The position numbers were made by a program, and so were the translations under genes. Of a stretch of DNA of 64,000 bases, positions 24,541 to 38,480 are shown in pieces. Below the pieces are notes generated by a model. That model had not been told where the DNA came from, searched no databases, and saw only the letters and a program-made list of their open reading frames with translations. Every line of letters starts with the position of its first letter. Position 1 is the stretch's first letter. This stretch comes from Octopus vulgaris (taxonomy: Eukaryota): assembly GCA_951406725.2 (NCBI GenBank), contig OX597828.1, forward strand, positions 36,332,001 through 36,396,000. The letters are read 5' to 3'.

Positions 24541-25029
24541 TTAAAGTATAAGAAACGAATTAAGTGTAGTCACAGAGTTGGAAGTAAACAAAGAAGTTAA
24601 TTATTCAATTAATCAGTATGAGTTCTGGTTTATGCTGATTCTATTTATTCTTGCTCACACTTGCTGTCAGTTCATTTTTATTCCTTCTCATGGTATTCTT
24701 GACAATTATGTTTTTCTATCCTAAATTAAGATACTGCAAACTCCATTGTAAATTTGTCCGAGTTTAATTAGAATGCAATGCAAAATAATCCTGTACAGAA
24801 TTCCAGACATTGAAGATAAGAAAATGTTGGTAATAACCTCGATTTATTTGTCTTTAAATTAAAGCAAGACAAAAGAGATTATTATTGAATAAAATATATT
24901 TTAATTGTAACATTGTTCGTTTGTTGTGACTTAAATTACAACACACAGCAGCAGATTTAGCTGACATGCACCAACCGCCATTTGCAACAATCGAACAGTG
25001 AGCAGCTAATGAGTAAGGAATTAGCCTGT

Positions 25030-25065
<36 letters not shown>

Positions 25066-25348
25066 CACATACACACACACACACACACACGCACGCACAC
25101 ATGCATGCACACACACATACAGATAGATATGTATAAACATAATATACATACATACATATAGATATGTATGTATATATATATAAATGGAGCAATCCGTGAG
25201 TTACGACGACGAGGGTCCCAGCTGATATGATCAACGGAACAGCTTGCTCATGAAATTAACGTGCAAGTGATTGAGCACTCCACAGACATATGTAGCCTTA
25301 ACATAGTTCTCAAGGAGATTCAGAGTGACAGTGTGACAAGGCTGGCCT

Positions 25349-25380
<32 letters not shown>

Positions 25381-25384
<4 letters not shown>

Positions 25385-25693
25385 CGTGATCACCATGACT
25401 GACCAGGCTATCAGATGTTGCTACACATCGCTGGTCACATTGCGCTTCGCATTGTTTTAGCCTTCAAATGACGCCACCCCACTGGCTAAGCGAGCAGGCC
25501 TACAGAAGAAAGAGTGAGAGAAAGTTGTGGCGAAAGAGTACAGCAGGGATCGCCACCCCACCCCCTGCCGGAGCATCGTGGAGCTTTAGGTGTTTTCGCT
25601 CAATAAACACTCACAACGCCCGGTCTGGGAATCGAACCTGAGATCTTACAACCGCGAGTCCGCTGCCCTAACCACTGGGCCATTGCGCCTCCA
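25381..25693 (-). mobile_element. Distinct young tRNA-derived SINE (family E)
   Basis: GGAGGCGCAATGGCCCAGTGGTTAGGGC...GGTTCGATTCCC A/B boxes, unique body, short tandem tail CATGGTGAT CACGGTGAT. Confidence 0.8.
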
Positions 25694-25938
25694 CATATAT
25701 ATATATATATATACATATATATATAGGAACATGTGTGGCTGCATGGTAAGAAGTTTGCTTCCCAACCACATGGTTTCAAGTTCAGTCCCCACCAGAAACC
25801 CTAAAATGGTTCTGTAGTTTTCATCTCAGTTATGAGCTTGGAACCCTGATAATTCATTACAGCACTTACTCAGCATACCTATTCATTTCAATCACCAGTG
25901 AACTAAACATCCATATTCTGTGTATATCTATATATATA

Positions 25939-26103
25939 GGCGCAGGAGTGGCTGTGTGGTAAGTAGCTTGCTTACCAGCCACATGGTTCCGCGTTCAGTC
26001 CCACTGCGTGGCATCTTGGGCAAGTGTCTTCTGCTATAGCCTCGGGCCGACCAATGCCTTGTGAGTGGATTTGGTAGACGGAAACTGAAAGAAGCCTGTC
26101 GTA

Positions 26104-26164
<61 letters not shown>

Positions 26165-26360
26165 ATATGTTTGTGTGTCGCTTGACAACCGATGCTGGTG
26201 TGTTTACGTCCCCGTCACTTAGTGGTTCGGCAAAAGGGACCGATAGAATAAGTACTGGGCTTACAAAGAATATGTCCCGGGGTCGATTTGCTCGACTAAA
26301 GGCGGTGCTCCAGCATGGCCGCAGTCAAATGACTGAAGCAAGTAGAAGAGTAGAAGAGAG
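25939..26360 (+). mobile_element. Family A CORE-SINE, young copy
   Basis: GGCGCAGGAGTGGCTGTGTGG start, internal (TA)n, tail AGTAGAAG repeats. Confidence 0.9.
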
Positions 26361-27209
26361 TATATAAAACTCAACTTGTGTGTTTGTGTGTGTATATGTG
26401 TGTGTATCTGTGTGTGTGTCTGTGTGTTTAACTTCCTGGCACACCTCCTCCTAGCCAACAAATCGTAGAACCACCAAAAATGGGTCACTTAAAGTTTAGG
26501 CGAATGAAAATTGAACTGTGCTATTTCTGTTCCGAAATTCATCTCGCAAGTGCAAAAATCGATAATGTGTTTGTTTAGGCCTTATCCCATGCATTGAATA
26601 GTGAACTTTACTCAGTCAGCTTTTTGACGTGAACTGTGTAAATTGCATGAAAAATAAAAAATCGTAAATTGCATGCGTAAATTGCATGAAAAATAAAAAA
26701 TCAAGAGAATCGCCATAAACATTGTAGAAATTCGGCAAAGAAATGAATTTTTAGGATGTAGCCTGGAGGTTTTTTTCGTATTAATCGTTTTGACTTTGTG
26801 AACACATACCAATTGTTTTCATAACATTTCTAACACTTTGAATTAAATGTGGCCATTTTGCATTGAGTCTGCAGCTTGAATCAATTTAACCAAATTTTAG
26901 CAGTCCGGATTTTTGATCATCACGATACATCGCCAGCGACTCCCTGAAACTCTTCCCTGAAATCTCTGTTGAGAAATACTGATCTAAAAGAATAATTCAA
27001 CAATGTAATTATTTGATCAACAAAAATTTATGAAACGCTTCTACGTACTTCCTATTGAGGAAATGGAACTCATAAGTGCAAAAATAGAGGGCATTAAATG
27101 CTTGATTTTAAAACCAAAATAATTGAATTTTGATTGAACTTCATCCAAGTTTAGCTTAATTCGCATGTGCATAGAATGCACGAGCGCATGAGCCGGGCAA
27201 TACTGCTAG
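26361..27209 (+). mobile_element. Putative non-autonomous Helitron-like element
   Basis: 5' TATATAAAACTC followed by a TG-rich tract; 3' GC-rich CACGAGCGCATGAGCCGGGC then CTAG|T. Confidence 0.45.
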
Positions 27210-27226
27210 TATATATATATAATAAA

Positions 27227-27260
<34 letters not shown>

Positions 27261-27331
27261 TGAGGGAATATTAATCCAAACTTACAGGGAAAAATTCAAT
27301 TTAGAAATACTAAATCAAATTTCACAAAATG

Positions 27332-27377
<46 letters not shown>

Positions 27378-27964
27378 TATAAAAGAAAAACACCTTTTAT
27401 CAATTCAATAATGAAAAATTAAATTATATCATTTAGAAAAATTTTATAATATAGAAAGATTAAATATATATATATATAGTGTGTGTGTGTGTTCCCACCA
27501 CTTCTTGACAACTGGACTTAGAAAAAATCCTGAAGATGATTCATTTGACTAAGCCCTCGAAGCTGGTACCCCCACATGGCCATAGCTGAATGACTGATAC
27601 AAAAAATAAAAGATGGTGAGCTGAAGTATAGCAGTGTGCAAAAAATAATGTGCATGATATTGTTGTTATACGATCTTATCTTTGGGGAGTGGATAATGGA
27701 GGAGCCTCGAAATGTGAAATATTTTACATCACGATATTTAGAATGTGTGTCTTTTTATCATGGCATCAGCAACTGAAGAAATAGTTAAAGAAGTAAATCA
27801 CAATAGCGTAGTTGCTCGGTGGGGTCATTACACAGGCGGGGCTCTTTTGGGTCTGTGTATAAGACTGTAATGGCTTGGAGGCTCAGGTGGGGGCTGCCCC
27901 TTGTGATATATATACTCTTATGCCACTCATACGTTATGCTCTTTGCATTAATTTTGAATTAATA

Positions 27965-28860
27965 TTGAATGATACACAAAAGACATTTTGAAAACTGAAC
28001 AGTTCTATTTTGTTTTTCATTGATTTTGACAATGTTACTTACGAAGAATTTATTGGAGGCTGAGTAGCATTTGCACTCGACCCTGAATCACTTCAACAGT
28101 GTATACTGTCGGTATTCAACTCTTGGTATTGACAACCAGTTATGTGTCACTTAAGGTCATATTGATGCCCAGCTAGTGAGTGAAAAAAATCACTGGTGTT
28201 CAAGCAAAACCGAGCCTGTTGACCCATCTGCAGTATATGTCTACTGCTATGTTACATCAAACTAACTCAACCTAAGAGTGGTTGGGTGTGTGAAAAAAAA
28301 TATATATAAAAACTGCAGGAAAATTTTTGGCCTTACTGCCACAATTCTACTTATTCATCGCTCAGTCATGTATTTCAAGAAGCTACAGGAAGAAATGGGT
28401 GGACAGCCAATGGAGCTAAAAAGCTTGCGCAATACAAGTTGTATTTGACATCATGCAAAATGTTTCGCAGTACATTGTACAGTTTCATTTATTTTAGATA
28501 CTCTATCACATTTCAGTAGGCATATTATGTCATCGCACAAACAAATTGAGGACATATCATTTTTTTTTCCTGCAGATTTTGTCTTCTCCTCTCCCTCTTT
28601 GAATAAGTTCTGCTACGAATTAAGTCTCTAGCAAAGATGCTGCTAATTTTTTTTCCACTGGTTTATGAATGCAGCAAGCAAAATGATATCCAGTTGTGGT
28701 TGAGGATTTTGCTTTGAGCGAAATAAGCTGGATGATGAAAGTATGTGGCATATGATCAACTAACAGAGCACAGTTACTTAAATTTATTTACAACAACCAG
28801 CTCGTTTTAGAAAAAGCCAAACTGGTGAAGCAAATTTCCACAGCTTTTGAAGGACACTGT
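27965..28860 (+). pseudogene. Decayed hAT (Tip100/ZMYM1-like) transposase
   Basis: Frameshifted motifs KDILKTEQ, EEFIG, ALDPESL, LGIDNQLCVT*G, GVQAK, AVYVYCY, ELKSLRNT in the order expected for DE..DIS..EQ, E.F.G, Q.YDGA..MSG..GVQ, YVHCYAH.LNL, LK.LS.TRW. Confidence 0.7.
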
Positions 28861-29037
28861 AACCCCCTCAGAGATCTTTTTGCTGACCTTTTTTTATTAT
28901 CAAACATTCATTCCTGTTTTGGGATCAGATTTTCCTGAAGGTAACCCTGATTGGGATTTGAACTCCGTTCAAGAAAGCAATAATAGTACTACATAGCACC
29001 TGTAGCTATGCCACCTTTACAACAAATAAATAAATAA

Positions 29038-29255
29038 TGGTTTCTAATTTTGGCACAAGGCCAGTAATTTTGAGGGGAGAGGCAGGTCATTTACATCTAC
29101 CTTAGTACTTGACTGGTATTTTATTTTGTCGGTTTCCAAAAGGATGAAAAGCAAAGTTGATCGATCTCGGCAGGATTTGAACTTGGAATGCAAAGACCCG
29201 GAAGAAATGCTGCTAAGTATTTTGTCTGACATGCTTATGATTCTGCTAGCTTACA
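29038..29255 (-). mobile_element. Family B Meta-SINE, diverged
   Basis: Reverse complement of the Meta domain and second tail type. Confidence 0.7.
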
Positions 29256-29359
29256 ACCCTAAAGAAAAAAAATAACATCTTACAAATTTAACCCTTACAT
29301 TTCATGTGCTAAATTGAAGAAAATTACTGGTACATATTTTAATACAGGATCAGCTATAG

Positions 29360-29750
29360 ATGCAGTTGTAGCTGTGTGGTTAAGAAGCTTGCTTCCCACC
29401 CACATAGTCCAAGTTCAGTCCCACTGCATGGCACCTTGGACAAGTGTCTTCTACTATGGCCTCGAGCTGACCAAAGCCTTGTGAATGGGTTTGGTAGATG
29501 GAAACTGAAAAAACTCCTCGTCTGTGTGTGTGTGTGTCTTTGTGTTTGTGTTTGTCCCCACCACTGCTTGACAACCAGTGTTGGTGTGTTTACATCCCCA
29601 TAACTTAGCAGTCCAACAAAATAGATTGATAGAATAAGTACCAGTCTTTAAAAAAATTAAGTCCTGGGGGTCGATTCATTCGATTAAAAATTCTTCAAGG
29701 CAGTGCCCCAGCATGACCACAGTCTAATGACTGAAAGAAGTAAAAGATAA
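29360..29750 (+). mobile_element. Family A CORE-SINE
   Basis: Complete head, CORE and tail. Confidence 0.8.
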
Positions 29751-30147
29751 TAGATAAGTATTTGCTCATCCTGCTAGAAATATCAGCCAATTTTCCTTCA
29801 AATGACACCCTGCCGTAGTCTTGGATGCGCAATATCTGGGATAGCAGACAGGATCACTATGGTTGGAACTTCTTTGACCATAGGTCTGGTCAGTTAGGGC
29901 TGACCTGAGCACCAAACAACAAAAAAACTTGGTGAGTGGAAGTGATGAAAGGCAAAGTAGACATAGATGAGATTTGAACCTGGAACATAAAAAGCGCGTC
30001 TCTAAATATTTACTCCACCACTGCTTACAACCAATCCCACCGCCTTTATTTATTTATTTAGCCGTGGTAGTATTGGTGGTGGTGGTGACATGGTAGTGAA
30101 TGTGGTAATAATAGTAGTAGTAGAAGTGGTAATAGTAGTAGTGGTGC

Positions 30148-30182
<35 letters not shown>

Positions 30183-31399
30183 AGAGTGAAGTAATAATTT
30201 CAGTAGTAGCACTATGTGAAGAGGGTCAGTGGTGTTACTAATAGTCATGGGATGAGGTGATGATTATCATTGTAGTAACACTGGTGAGGATAGTAGTAGT
30301 AGTGGTGGTGGTGGTGGTGGTGTTATAACCAATCAAATTTCGAACCATATTCAAACAATAGGTTCGATCAATCATGATTAATTGAAAAGAAGCATAATTA
30401 GGTTAATTAAATTTAGAAAACTTACCAACAAACAGCTTCCAGTGTGGAATTATAATGATGCAAATGAAATTCCAATAATTGGCTTTTTTAATTATATATA
30501 TATATGTATATATATATATACATATAATTTTATTTTTATAAGGTTTTTTGTTTTTTTCCTCTTTTTTTTTGTCATAATACCTAGTCAATCTCTTAATCTA
30601 TTGTTGGTAGGAAAGGTCACCATTAAAATCTTTGTCCCTATTGGGTTAGTGGAGGGACACTATTACAATCTTCAACTTTATTAGTCTATAAGGACTGCTT
30701 CTAAAATCCTCGCAACCACACGTTTTGGGGTTTAGTCTCCCTGCGTAGCATCATGGACAAGTATCTGCTACTACAGCCCCGAGCCAAACGGTGCCTTGTG
30801 TGCAAATTTGGTAAACAGAATTCTGTCATATGCTTGAGTGAGTGTATGCGTGTGTGTGTGTGTGTGTGTGTGTATTCATGTTTCTGTTTGTCCTTTCCAC
30901 TGCTTGACAATCGCTGTTGGTCTGTTTATGTCCTTGTAACTTAGTGGGTCATCAAAAGAGATCGATAGAATATGTACCAGACTTTAAGAAAAAATACTGG
31001 AATTAATTTGTCCAATTAAAAACGTCTTTGAGAAACGGGTCACATAAGGTTTTACTTGTCATCAGGCAGGCGATACAGCTAAAAGGAAAAAAATCAAGAT
31101 AAATTTTCATTAAGTGTGCCATTCAGAAAGGCCCGTGGGCTGCAGTTTGCCCACGACTGAACTAAGTCCTTCCAGATGGCGCTCCAGAATGGCTGCAATC
31201 CAATAACTGAAACAAGTAGTAAAAGATAAAACATAAACGATTAAAAGAACCACTAAATTCTTCAGCCTCATTAACAAATGAAAGCAACAACAAAAATCAT
31301 TCTTATTGGCTAGAGAGGGTTTGCCGCTAAATTCTTCATCTTTAGTAATAAGTAACGTTAAAATCTTCCTTCCTATTGGTAGGGTTCCATTACAAAGCC

Positions 31400-31570
31400 C
31401 AGTCGTCTTTGCAGTGTGGTAACATGTGTGTCTCAATGACCATAAGAACTATTCCATTAGAGTGCAAGCTCCTGATAGGGCCTCTCATGCTGGACATGTC
31501 AAAGGATAGAGGCCAGATGAATTTGGATCACCTCTCCCCTGAGAGAGAAATGGGTTTGCATAAGGGTTAA
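31400..31570 (+). mobile_element. RTE 5' UTR-like remnant
   Basis: TGTGTCTCAATGACCATAAGAACTAT...CTCCTGATAGGGCCTCTCATGCTGGACATGTCAAAGGATAGAGGCCAGA resembles RTE leaders. Confidence 0.45.
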
Positions 31571-31599
31571 GTTCATATCGATTTTACCCCTTTTAAAAT

Positions 31600-32110
31600 G
31601 AGTTTAGATAAGACCTTTCAAAGCAAACTGCACGAGAATTAACAAAACAGTTCCATTCAAGTCACACTTTGGTCATAAAAAGTCTTCAAGTATCAGGAAA
31701 AGTGTCTGAACTTGTCAGTGGGTCCCTCATTACCTGACTATAAATAGCTGCCCTCTACTTGTCATTGAAGAGTAGATTTGCTATCAAACCTTTCTGGACA
31801 GAATCCTCACAAGTGACAAAAAGTGGGTTCTCTATAATTGTATCTAACAAAACAACAGTGATCAGCACCCAGAAAAAAAGGAGAATCCATTCCTAAACTA
31901 GGACTATACTAAAAAAGAAGTCACATTCTGTGTTTGAAGGGTGTCGTCTGTCATGAAGTATTTAACCAAAACAGTTAATGTTCTGAAGTATTGTCGTCAA
32001 TTTGAAACATTATACAAAAAATCACAAGAAAAGCACCTATCATAACTCTTACACAATAATGCAAGACCACGTGTTGTTCAAGTCACCCCACAAAAAAATT
32101 ATGGTACTAA
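31600..32110 (+). pseudogene. Decayed mariner transposase fragment
   Basis: QTARELTKQF..GKV..WVPHYLT..FLDRILTSDKKWVLYN..LLHNNARPRV correspond to the HTH, WVPHEL, TGDEKW and HDNARPH motifs. Confidence 0.8.
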
Positions 32111-33049
32111 TTATGAAAGTTTTCCCCTCATCCTCCTTTCTCTTTTGATCTTGCTCCATCTGTCACCTTCTGAGACCTTTGCAACATTATTTAGGAAGAA
32201 AATCAGTTTATTAAATGTGAAGAGGTTAAAAATGTTGTTGAGTGTTTCTTTGCTTCGAAAGCTGAAGAATTTTATGCCCATTAGGTAAATAATTTGCCAA
32301 ATATATGAGATTATTTTATCAACGATGGGGGTAAATGTTATCATGATTCAATATATCAATTTGTTTCTTTGCCCCATCTTGAAATGTGACAGAACTTTCT
32401 TTCCAACCTAATAAATTTGAAAGCAAATTGTGAGATAACCAAGCAAATTACGGGAGGTATCTAGTCTAAATCATCTTTGCATAAATTGGAGGAAAGAGAG
32501 AGAGGGGGAGGAGAGATGTGGCAGAATGAAACTTCAATATGTAGATAAGAAGAGAAAATAAAAGGGTTGGAGAGAGATTAAGACAGGGAGATTAATTGCT
32601 ATAAAACTACAGTGAAACTGTCAAGTGGAGAATTAATAAACCACTTCGGTGACCCCTAAGGAAGAACGATTAAAATTTAATGGCCCTTGAAACACGAGTG
32701 TCTGTGCAGAAGTGGGCAAAAAGAAAAAAGGAAAAAGACAATTCAATGAGGAGCAACTGAAAGAAAAGGTAGAAGAGGATGATGGACTAATGAAGTTTTG
32801 ACTATTTCATATCTCTGTGTGAGTGTGTATTTATGTGTATGTGTCTCTGGAAGAGAAAGTTTTTCTACCAACTAACATACATACATGCATACATATACAT
32901 ACACAGACATACACACATAAGCGCACTTACACACAAAGCGGAAACAGGCTATCTTAAAGAAGACGCGTATTGTATTGACATTGGGTTTTGAATGCAGTGA
33001 TTGATTAGTGTATGTTCTCACATCTTTAGATACTTCACCGATTTTCCAG

Positions 33050-33150
33050 TGTCCTTTGTTGCAACTGCAGAAAAGACATCCCAGATTCAAGAGCAATTGC
33101 GAAAAATTGTCGATGGTCTATGCTCCATAGCGAGCGAAGGACTTAACGTA
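33050..33150 (+). mobile_element. RTE (SR2/Perere-3-like) extreme 3' end
   Basis: QEQLRKIVDGLCSIASEGL; matches the 3' end at 55475-55540 (-). Confidence 0.5.
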
Positions 33151-33302
33151 ACATGTACATATTGACGTCGGCAGATGTAGAAATTCTCTTCACAATCTTA
33201 TCCTTGATCCAGCAAAATACTGATGATGTTCTAGCTGAAAGAAGAGAAAAGGATACTCCGACTTTAATGGATCGACTGTCTTGCTGGACCATCCATGGTT
33301 AC

Positions 33303-33351
<49 letters not shown>

Positions 33352-34074
33352 ATCAACGCACCTCTAACCTACTAATTATACACCTTCCATGCGACTAAAG
33401 TACCATGAACAGCTAGCATCTTTAATTAAACAAATGTTGAATAGATATTTAATAATTTATAGTATTAAATACAAGTAGATATGTGTTACATTAATAATGT
33501 AGTAGCCATATCTAAGGTAGATTTTAGCTAAAGAAGCAGAGATCTCTTAAAATTTTGCTATTACCATTGATAAGTGCGCTGTAAGAAATGCAGGAAAAAA
33601 CACACGGTACACACAACGCCACCTGTGATCGCATGGTGAACTAGACTGGCGACTGCATGAATTTCAATTCTCCCACTCCGTAATTTATCTGAATTAAAGG
33701 AGTGCTAGATAATCGGAGGTGCAGCTGTATGTACGTATGGTGCAAAACTTATGAAAAACATGAAGATGAGGTAAAAAAAAAAAAATAAGTAGAGTATATT
33801 AGGTTTACGCTGAAGAAAAATACAAGATTTCTTTTAAATTTTGAGCATATGCTCTTCAACTGAAAGAATAAACAAGGAAAGAAGAGAGAAAAGAAAAGTG
33901 TCTCAATTATATGGTCACCACATGCTGAAATGACTGGAAGTAGGAAGAGGTCGCTAGAAGCGTGAGGAGTAAGAGTAACTACTGTGAGGGATGGCTTGAG
34001 GCAGATGTATGTGTGTGTATGGAACAAATGCATGTATGTGTATGTTTGCGTGTGCACATGTGCATGAGGCTATC

Positions 34075-34126
<52 letters not shown>

Positions 34127-34438
34127 CAAACTATGGCAGGCATGAGAAAGATTTTCTTAAATTAAAAATTATTAATTATATAAAACAAATCTTTAGAAAA
34201 CAGATTGACGCTCAAGTTCTTTTGCTCTTCATGGGTTACCCCATAATGTGTATTTAAAGCAAAAGCACTTTAAAACACTGTATGAAAACTTCCTTCAAAA
34301 GGTTTGTACCATTTATTTCTTTTTGAAGATTCTCTTTATATAATTACAAATTTTAAATTCAAGATCTTTCCTCAAATACTGTGACTGTATCAAGAATTCT
34401 TTGCAAAAGCTCATATATATATTCAATATATATAAATG

Positions 34439-34522
<84 letters not shown>

Positions 34523-34657
34523 GTAAAAAAATATATACAAACTGGGACAAGAACGTGAAACACCTAGAAGACGACACAAGAAACACAGGACGGGACATTC
34601 GAAGCCCTCAATCATCAGTCAAGAACCGGATCATCTTCGCAATTTCGGCTGATTAAT

Positions 34658-34695
<38 letters not shown>

Positions 34696-35339
34696 CACTT
34701 ACCCAAGGTGCCACGAAGTGGGACTGAACCCAGAACCATATGGTTGAGAAGTATTTGTTTTGCAAGAATCTTGATATGAAAACGTGTGCTGAAACAGATA
34801 TTATTATACTTGGGAATAGTCATCTTTTGCTAATTAATGTATGTATGTAGTTAATCCCCCCAAAAAATTAAGAAAAAACAAAAAAAAAATAAAACGCATG
34901 GACGTGGTACATGCAAAGTATTAACAGATACTCAGGGAAGGAAAGAAAGGTTGCTTTATGTTGTCAGCAAAGTTCGTCTTCAGAAACAGGAGATAGAGGA
35001 AAGTCCAAGAGAAAAGTAAGATGGAGGAAAAAAATCGCCAACAATCCACATGTAGTTACATCTTACCACCACCTCTCACACAAAGCCTGTTAATAATAGA
35101 TTTTATGGTGTTCTCTATTATACACTTTCTACAATACCACGCCTTCCTCTTTCGTACTGTTTCCAGTATTCTCTACGTTTCTCACGCCTCTCTTTGTTTC
35201 AAGCCAGTTTTCTCAATCAATGTTTCTTCTGTACTTAATTTCTTTAACTCTTATCCGCCCTGGGTTTGTTTGTGGGACAAAAACAAAAAAGAAAAAAAAT
35301 CATGCATTATCCTAAAATTATTATTTATATCTATATCTA

Positions 35340-35640
35340 TAATTCAAACACACCAGCAGGTATGTTACCAGCAGAGCTGATTTTTGCGAGGAAAATAAAA
35401 TTGCTCTTCGACAAATTACTACAGAGCAAGAAAAGAAAAATTGCAATGGAAAATACAGCAAGATTTTTCAAAATTGATGAAAATGTATTTGTGAGAGGAT
35501 ATAAGAATGGAAAACAGAGTTGGGAAGATGGTGTGATTACCAAATGCAGAAGAAAAATGGTATACTTGGTTGGTAAAAAGTAGAAAAGGTATATACAAGA
35601 GACACATGAACCAACTGAAAAAAGATTCGTTGAGAGCGAA
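35340..35640 (+). pseudogene. Ty3/Gypsy integrase C-terminal remnant
   Basis: NSNTPAGMLPAELIFARKIKLLFDKL...FKIDENVFVRGYKNGKQSWEDGVITK...MVYLV, a typical post-catalytic SPAEL.F.R.IR...W..G.I module. Confidence 0.8.
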
Positions 35641-35900
35641 CCCAAGAGAATGGAATAACCTACGGAATGTTTATATGATACTATTCAAGTACAATGCTAT
35701 CACAGGTGATTGAACCCAGACGCACAAATGTAAGAAAAAGAAAATGTATGGAGTTCTTGGAAGTAGATGCCAAATGGAAAAAATATTAAATGTGTAACTA
35801 AGAAAAAAAGTCTCATAACAGGGAGGTAGGGTGATATAAAAAGTGTTGCTGTTAAAAGAAATAAAATGACACTCTCTAAGAAAAAAAAAAGAATAACTTA

Positions 35901-36090
35901 AAAGGGAAGATGTGGGGATAATAGTAATAATGGTACATCCCATGTGACAAGTGGTATGTGCTAGTCATTATAAATAAGGTGATATTAGTCAGTATAGAGA
36001 GAGAGTACGAAGTAGACGATCATAGGTAGTAGTGGTCTACTTGTCTAAGTAACTATACTGCTGATATTGTTTTTGCAAGGTAGTGAACAT
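35901..36090 (+). mobile_element. Possible polypurine tract and 3' LTR of the Gypsy remnant
   Basis: AAAGGGAAGA immediately before TG at 35911; TATAAATA near 35969; no second LTR in the window to confirm. Confidence 0.35.
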
Positions 36091-36609
36091 TTGTGAAAAA
36101 ATATATATATATTTTCCAAAGTCAAAAATGCCGTAAATATTAATCACTGTGCCCCACCTACCCCTACTGGAAACTGGAAAGAACAGACCTTCGGAAATAG
36201 CTGTTTGAATTTTCTTGTTTTTATCGGGATTTTCCCCAACTTTTTTTTTCAATCATTACAAAACAATGAAGAGAAGCCGTTTTAAAAGAAGAATCCATGT
36301 CTTTTAAATGACATGATTTTTTTTGCTTTTTCGTAATTTTCTGCCATATTATCTTATTCCAAATTCTGAAACATTTGTAATTCGCATTAAAAGAAAAGAA
36401 AAAAAAAATCTTCCCCCATCTTCCCCACTTCTTTGTACTTTTCACAATGAAAGACAATTGAAACACTGCGAGTGGACGTATGAAAAACGAAATTTCAATT
36501 ATGAAAAGTTTACCTAAAAGCGACATTTTCAGTCATTTCCAAAACTTCCTCTGCTAATTCGTCAAATTCAATTACACGAAATAGAGATGGGATTTGAGAT
36601 TTAAATTTA

Positions 36610-36958
36610 CTCTTTACTCTCTCTTTTACTTGTTTCAGTCATTTGACTGCGACTATGCTGGAGCAACGCCTTTAATCGAGCAACTCGACCCCGGGACTTA
36701 TTCTTTTGTAAGCCCAGTACTTATTCTATCGGTCTCTTTTGCCGAACCGCTAAGTAACGGGGACATAAACACACCAGCATCGGTTGTCAAGCAATGCTAG
36801 GGGGACAAACACACACGCATATATATACATATATACGACGGGCTTCTTTCAGTTTCCGTCTACCAAATCCACTCACAAGGCTTTGGTCGGCCCGAGGCTA
36901 TAGTAGAAGACACTTGCCCACTTGGAACCATGTGGTTGGTAAACAAGCTACTTACCAC
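36610..36958 (-). mobile_element. Family A CORE-SINE
   Basis: Close to consensus, small deletion in the head. Confidence 0.85.
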
Positions 36959-37199
36959 GGTAATTTTCTAAGATTTTACTTCTTGTGTATAAGGGCCCAC
37001 CAAACTTGAAGTGCTCCGCCCCCCCCCCATGGTTTAAATCCTGTCTTGCGCGCGCGCGCGTGTATGTGTGTGTGTGCGCATGTATGTTTACACACACGCG
37101 CCGCTTGACAACCGGTGTTGGTTTGTTTATGTCTCCGTAAGTAAGCGGTTCGACAAAAGAGGTGGGGGGCAGGGCTAATGAAATAAATACCAGACTTTC

Positions 37200-37598
37200 A
37201 AAAACAGTAAGTACAGGTGTTGGGGGTGGGGGTGGGAGCTTGATTTGTCGTCATCGTCATCGTGGTAAGTTATGGTAACAAAGATATGGATAAGAGTTCG
37301 TGCCTAACCCGATCCCCTTCGTGCGTGCGATAAGCCAATAAAAGAAAGGGGGAAAGAAAACGGGAAAATAAATAAATAAATAAATAGTTTCGTGTTGATA
37401 TATGAAAAGGGGCTGTTTGGAGCCAAATGAATAACTACGACTACTGCTAGTATTTCGCGACGCAAAGTCTAGTCTAAATGGAATAAGTGGAAACTGATAT
37501 TGGTGTGGGGGAGGGGCAAATGGTGGAGGGTTGTTTTATCGAAAATAAAACGCACGTGGGTGTTTAGGGTGAATACTCTCCTATCTTTTTCTATCTCC

Positions 37599-37641
<43 letters not shown>

Positions 37642-37860
37642 GCTCTTTCTAGTGAGGGTAGTGTAACGTGGCGTGGGTGGTGGCTTCCCCCCCACCACCA
37701 CCACCACAAATACCCTCCGCCCGTGCGGGAGCCAAAATTGGCCGCCCCCGCTTTTCTTAAACGTAACATGCCTTTCACTTACAGCAAACACGCGTATATT
37801 AAAAGTAAGCTACCCTCTGCGGTTTACCATAATTCGCACACCAGACCTTCACACCACTGA
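37200..37860. promoter_or_regulatory. CpG-retaining unique region, possible promoter
   Basis: Locally frequent CpG; CCAAT near 37336, CACGTG near 37553, ATTGG next to CCGCCCC near 37737-37750; motif-only evidence. Confidence 0.25.
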
Positions 37861-37864
37861 CACA

Positions 37865-38480
37865 TGCTCTCCCTCCCCCTCCCCCTCTCTCTCTCTTTCT
37901 TTCTTTCTTTCTCTCTCTCCTTCCCTCTCGTTCTCTTTCTTTCTCTCTTTTTCTCTCTTTCTCTCTCTATATTTGTCTTTTATTATCTTTCTGTCTGTTT
38001 CTCTACCATTTTTTCTGTATTTGCGTTTTATCACACCTAAAGTTTATCTCTCTCTCTCTCTCTCTCTCTCTTCCCTTCTATTTTTGTGCCTTGTATTCCC
38101 TCCTCTCTTCCCATATCGTATCCTCCCCACTCTCTCTTTTTCTCTTATTATTTCTCTATCTATTTCCTCCCACCACCACTCTGTATTTGACTGTCTTTTC
38201 GCCTCTCATTTATTCTGCCATTTCGTAACCATTCTATCATTCTTCTTGTTCTTGTTCTTCTTCTTCTTCTCTTTCTTCTTCTTCTCTTTCTTCTTCTTCT
38301 CTCTCTCTATCTATCTATCAATTTTCTCCACTTTTCTTCTCTATATCTCCTCCTCTACCACTTTCTCCCTCACACTGTCACGTTCTTTCTCTTTGTTTCT
38401 CAGTCTCTGTCTCTGTCTCTCCCCGCTCTCTCCCTCTCCCTCTTTGTCCCTCTCCTTTTCTTATCTGTCGTTTCCTTCTC
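37865..38480. repeat. Long polypyrimidine (CT/CTT/CTTT)n tract
   Basis: Direct inspection. Confidence 0.9.

Noticed and set aside
34590-34655. Hammerhead-like CTGATGA on the minus strand
   Set aside because: No clear stem II and only GAAT after it. A similar decayed motif near 34955-34990 is also too degraded to call.
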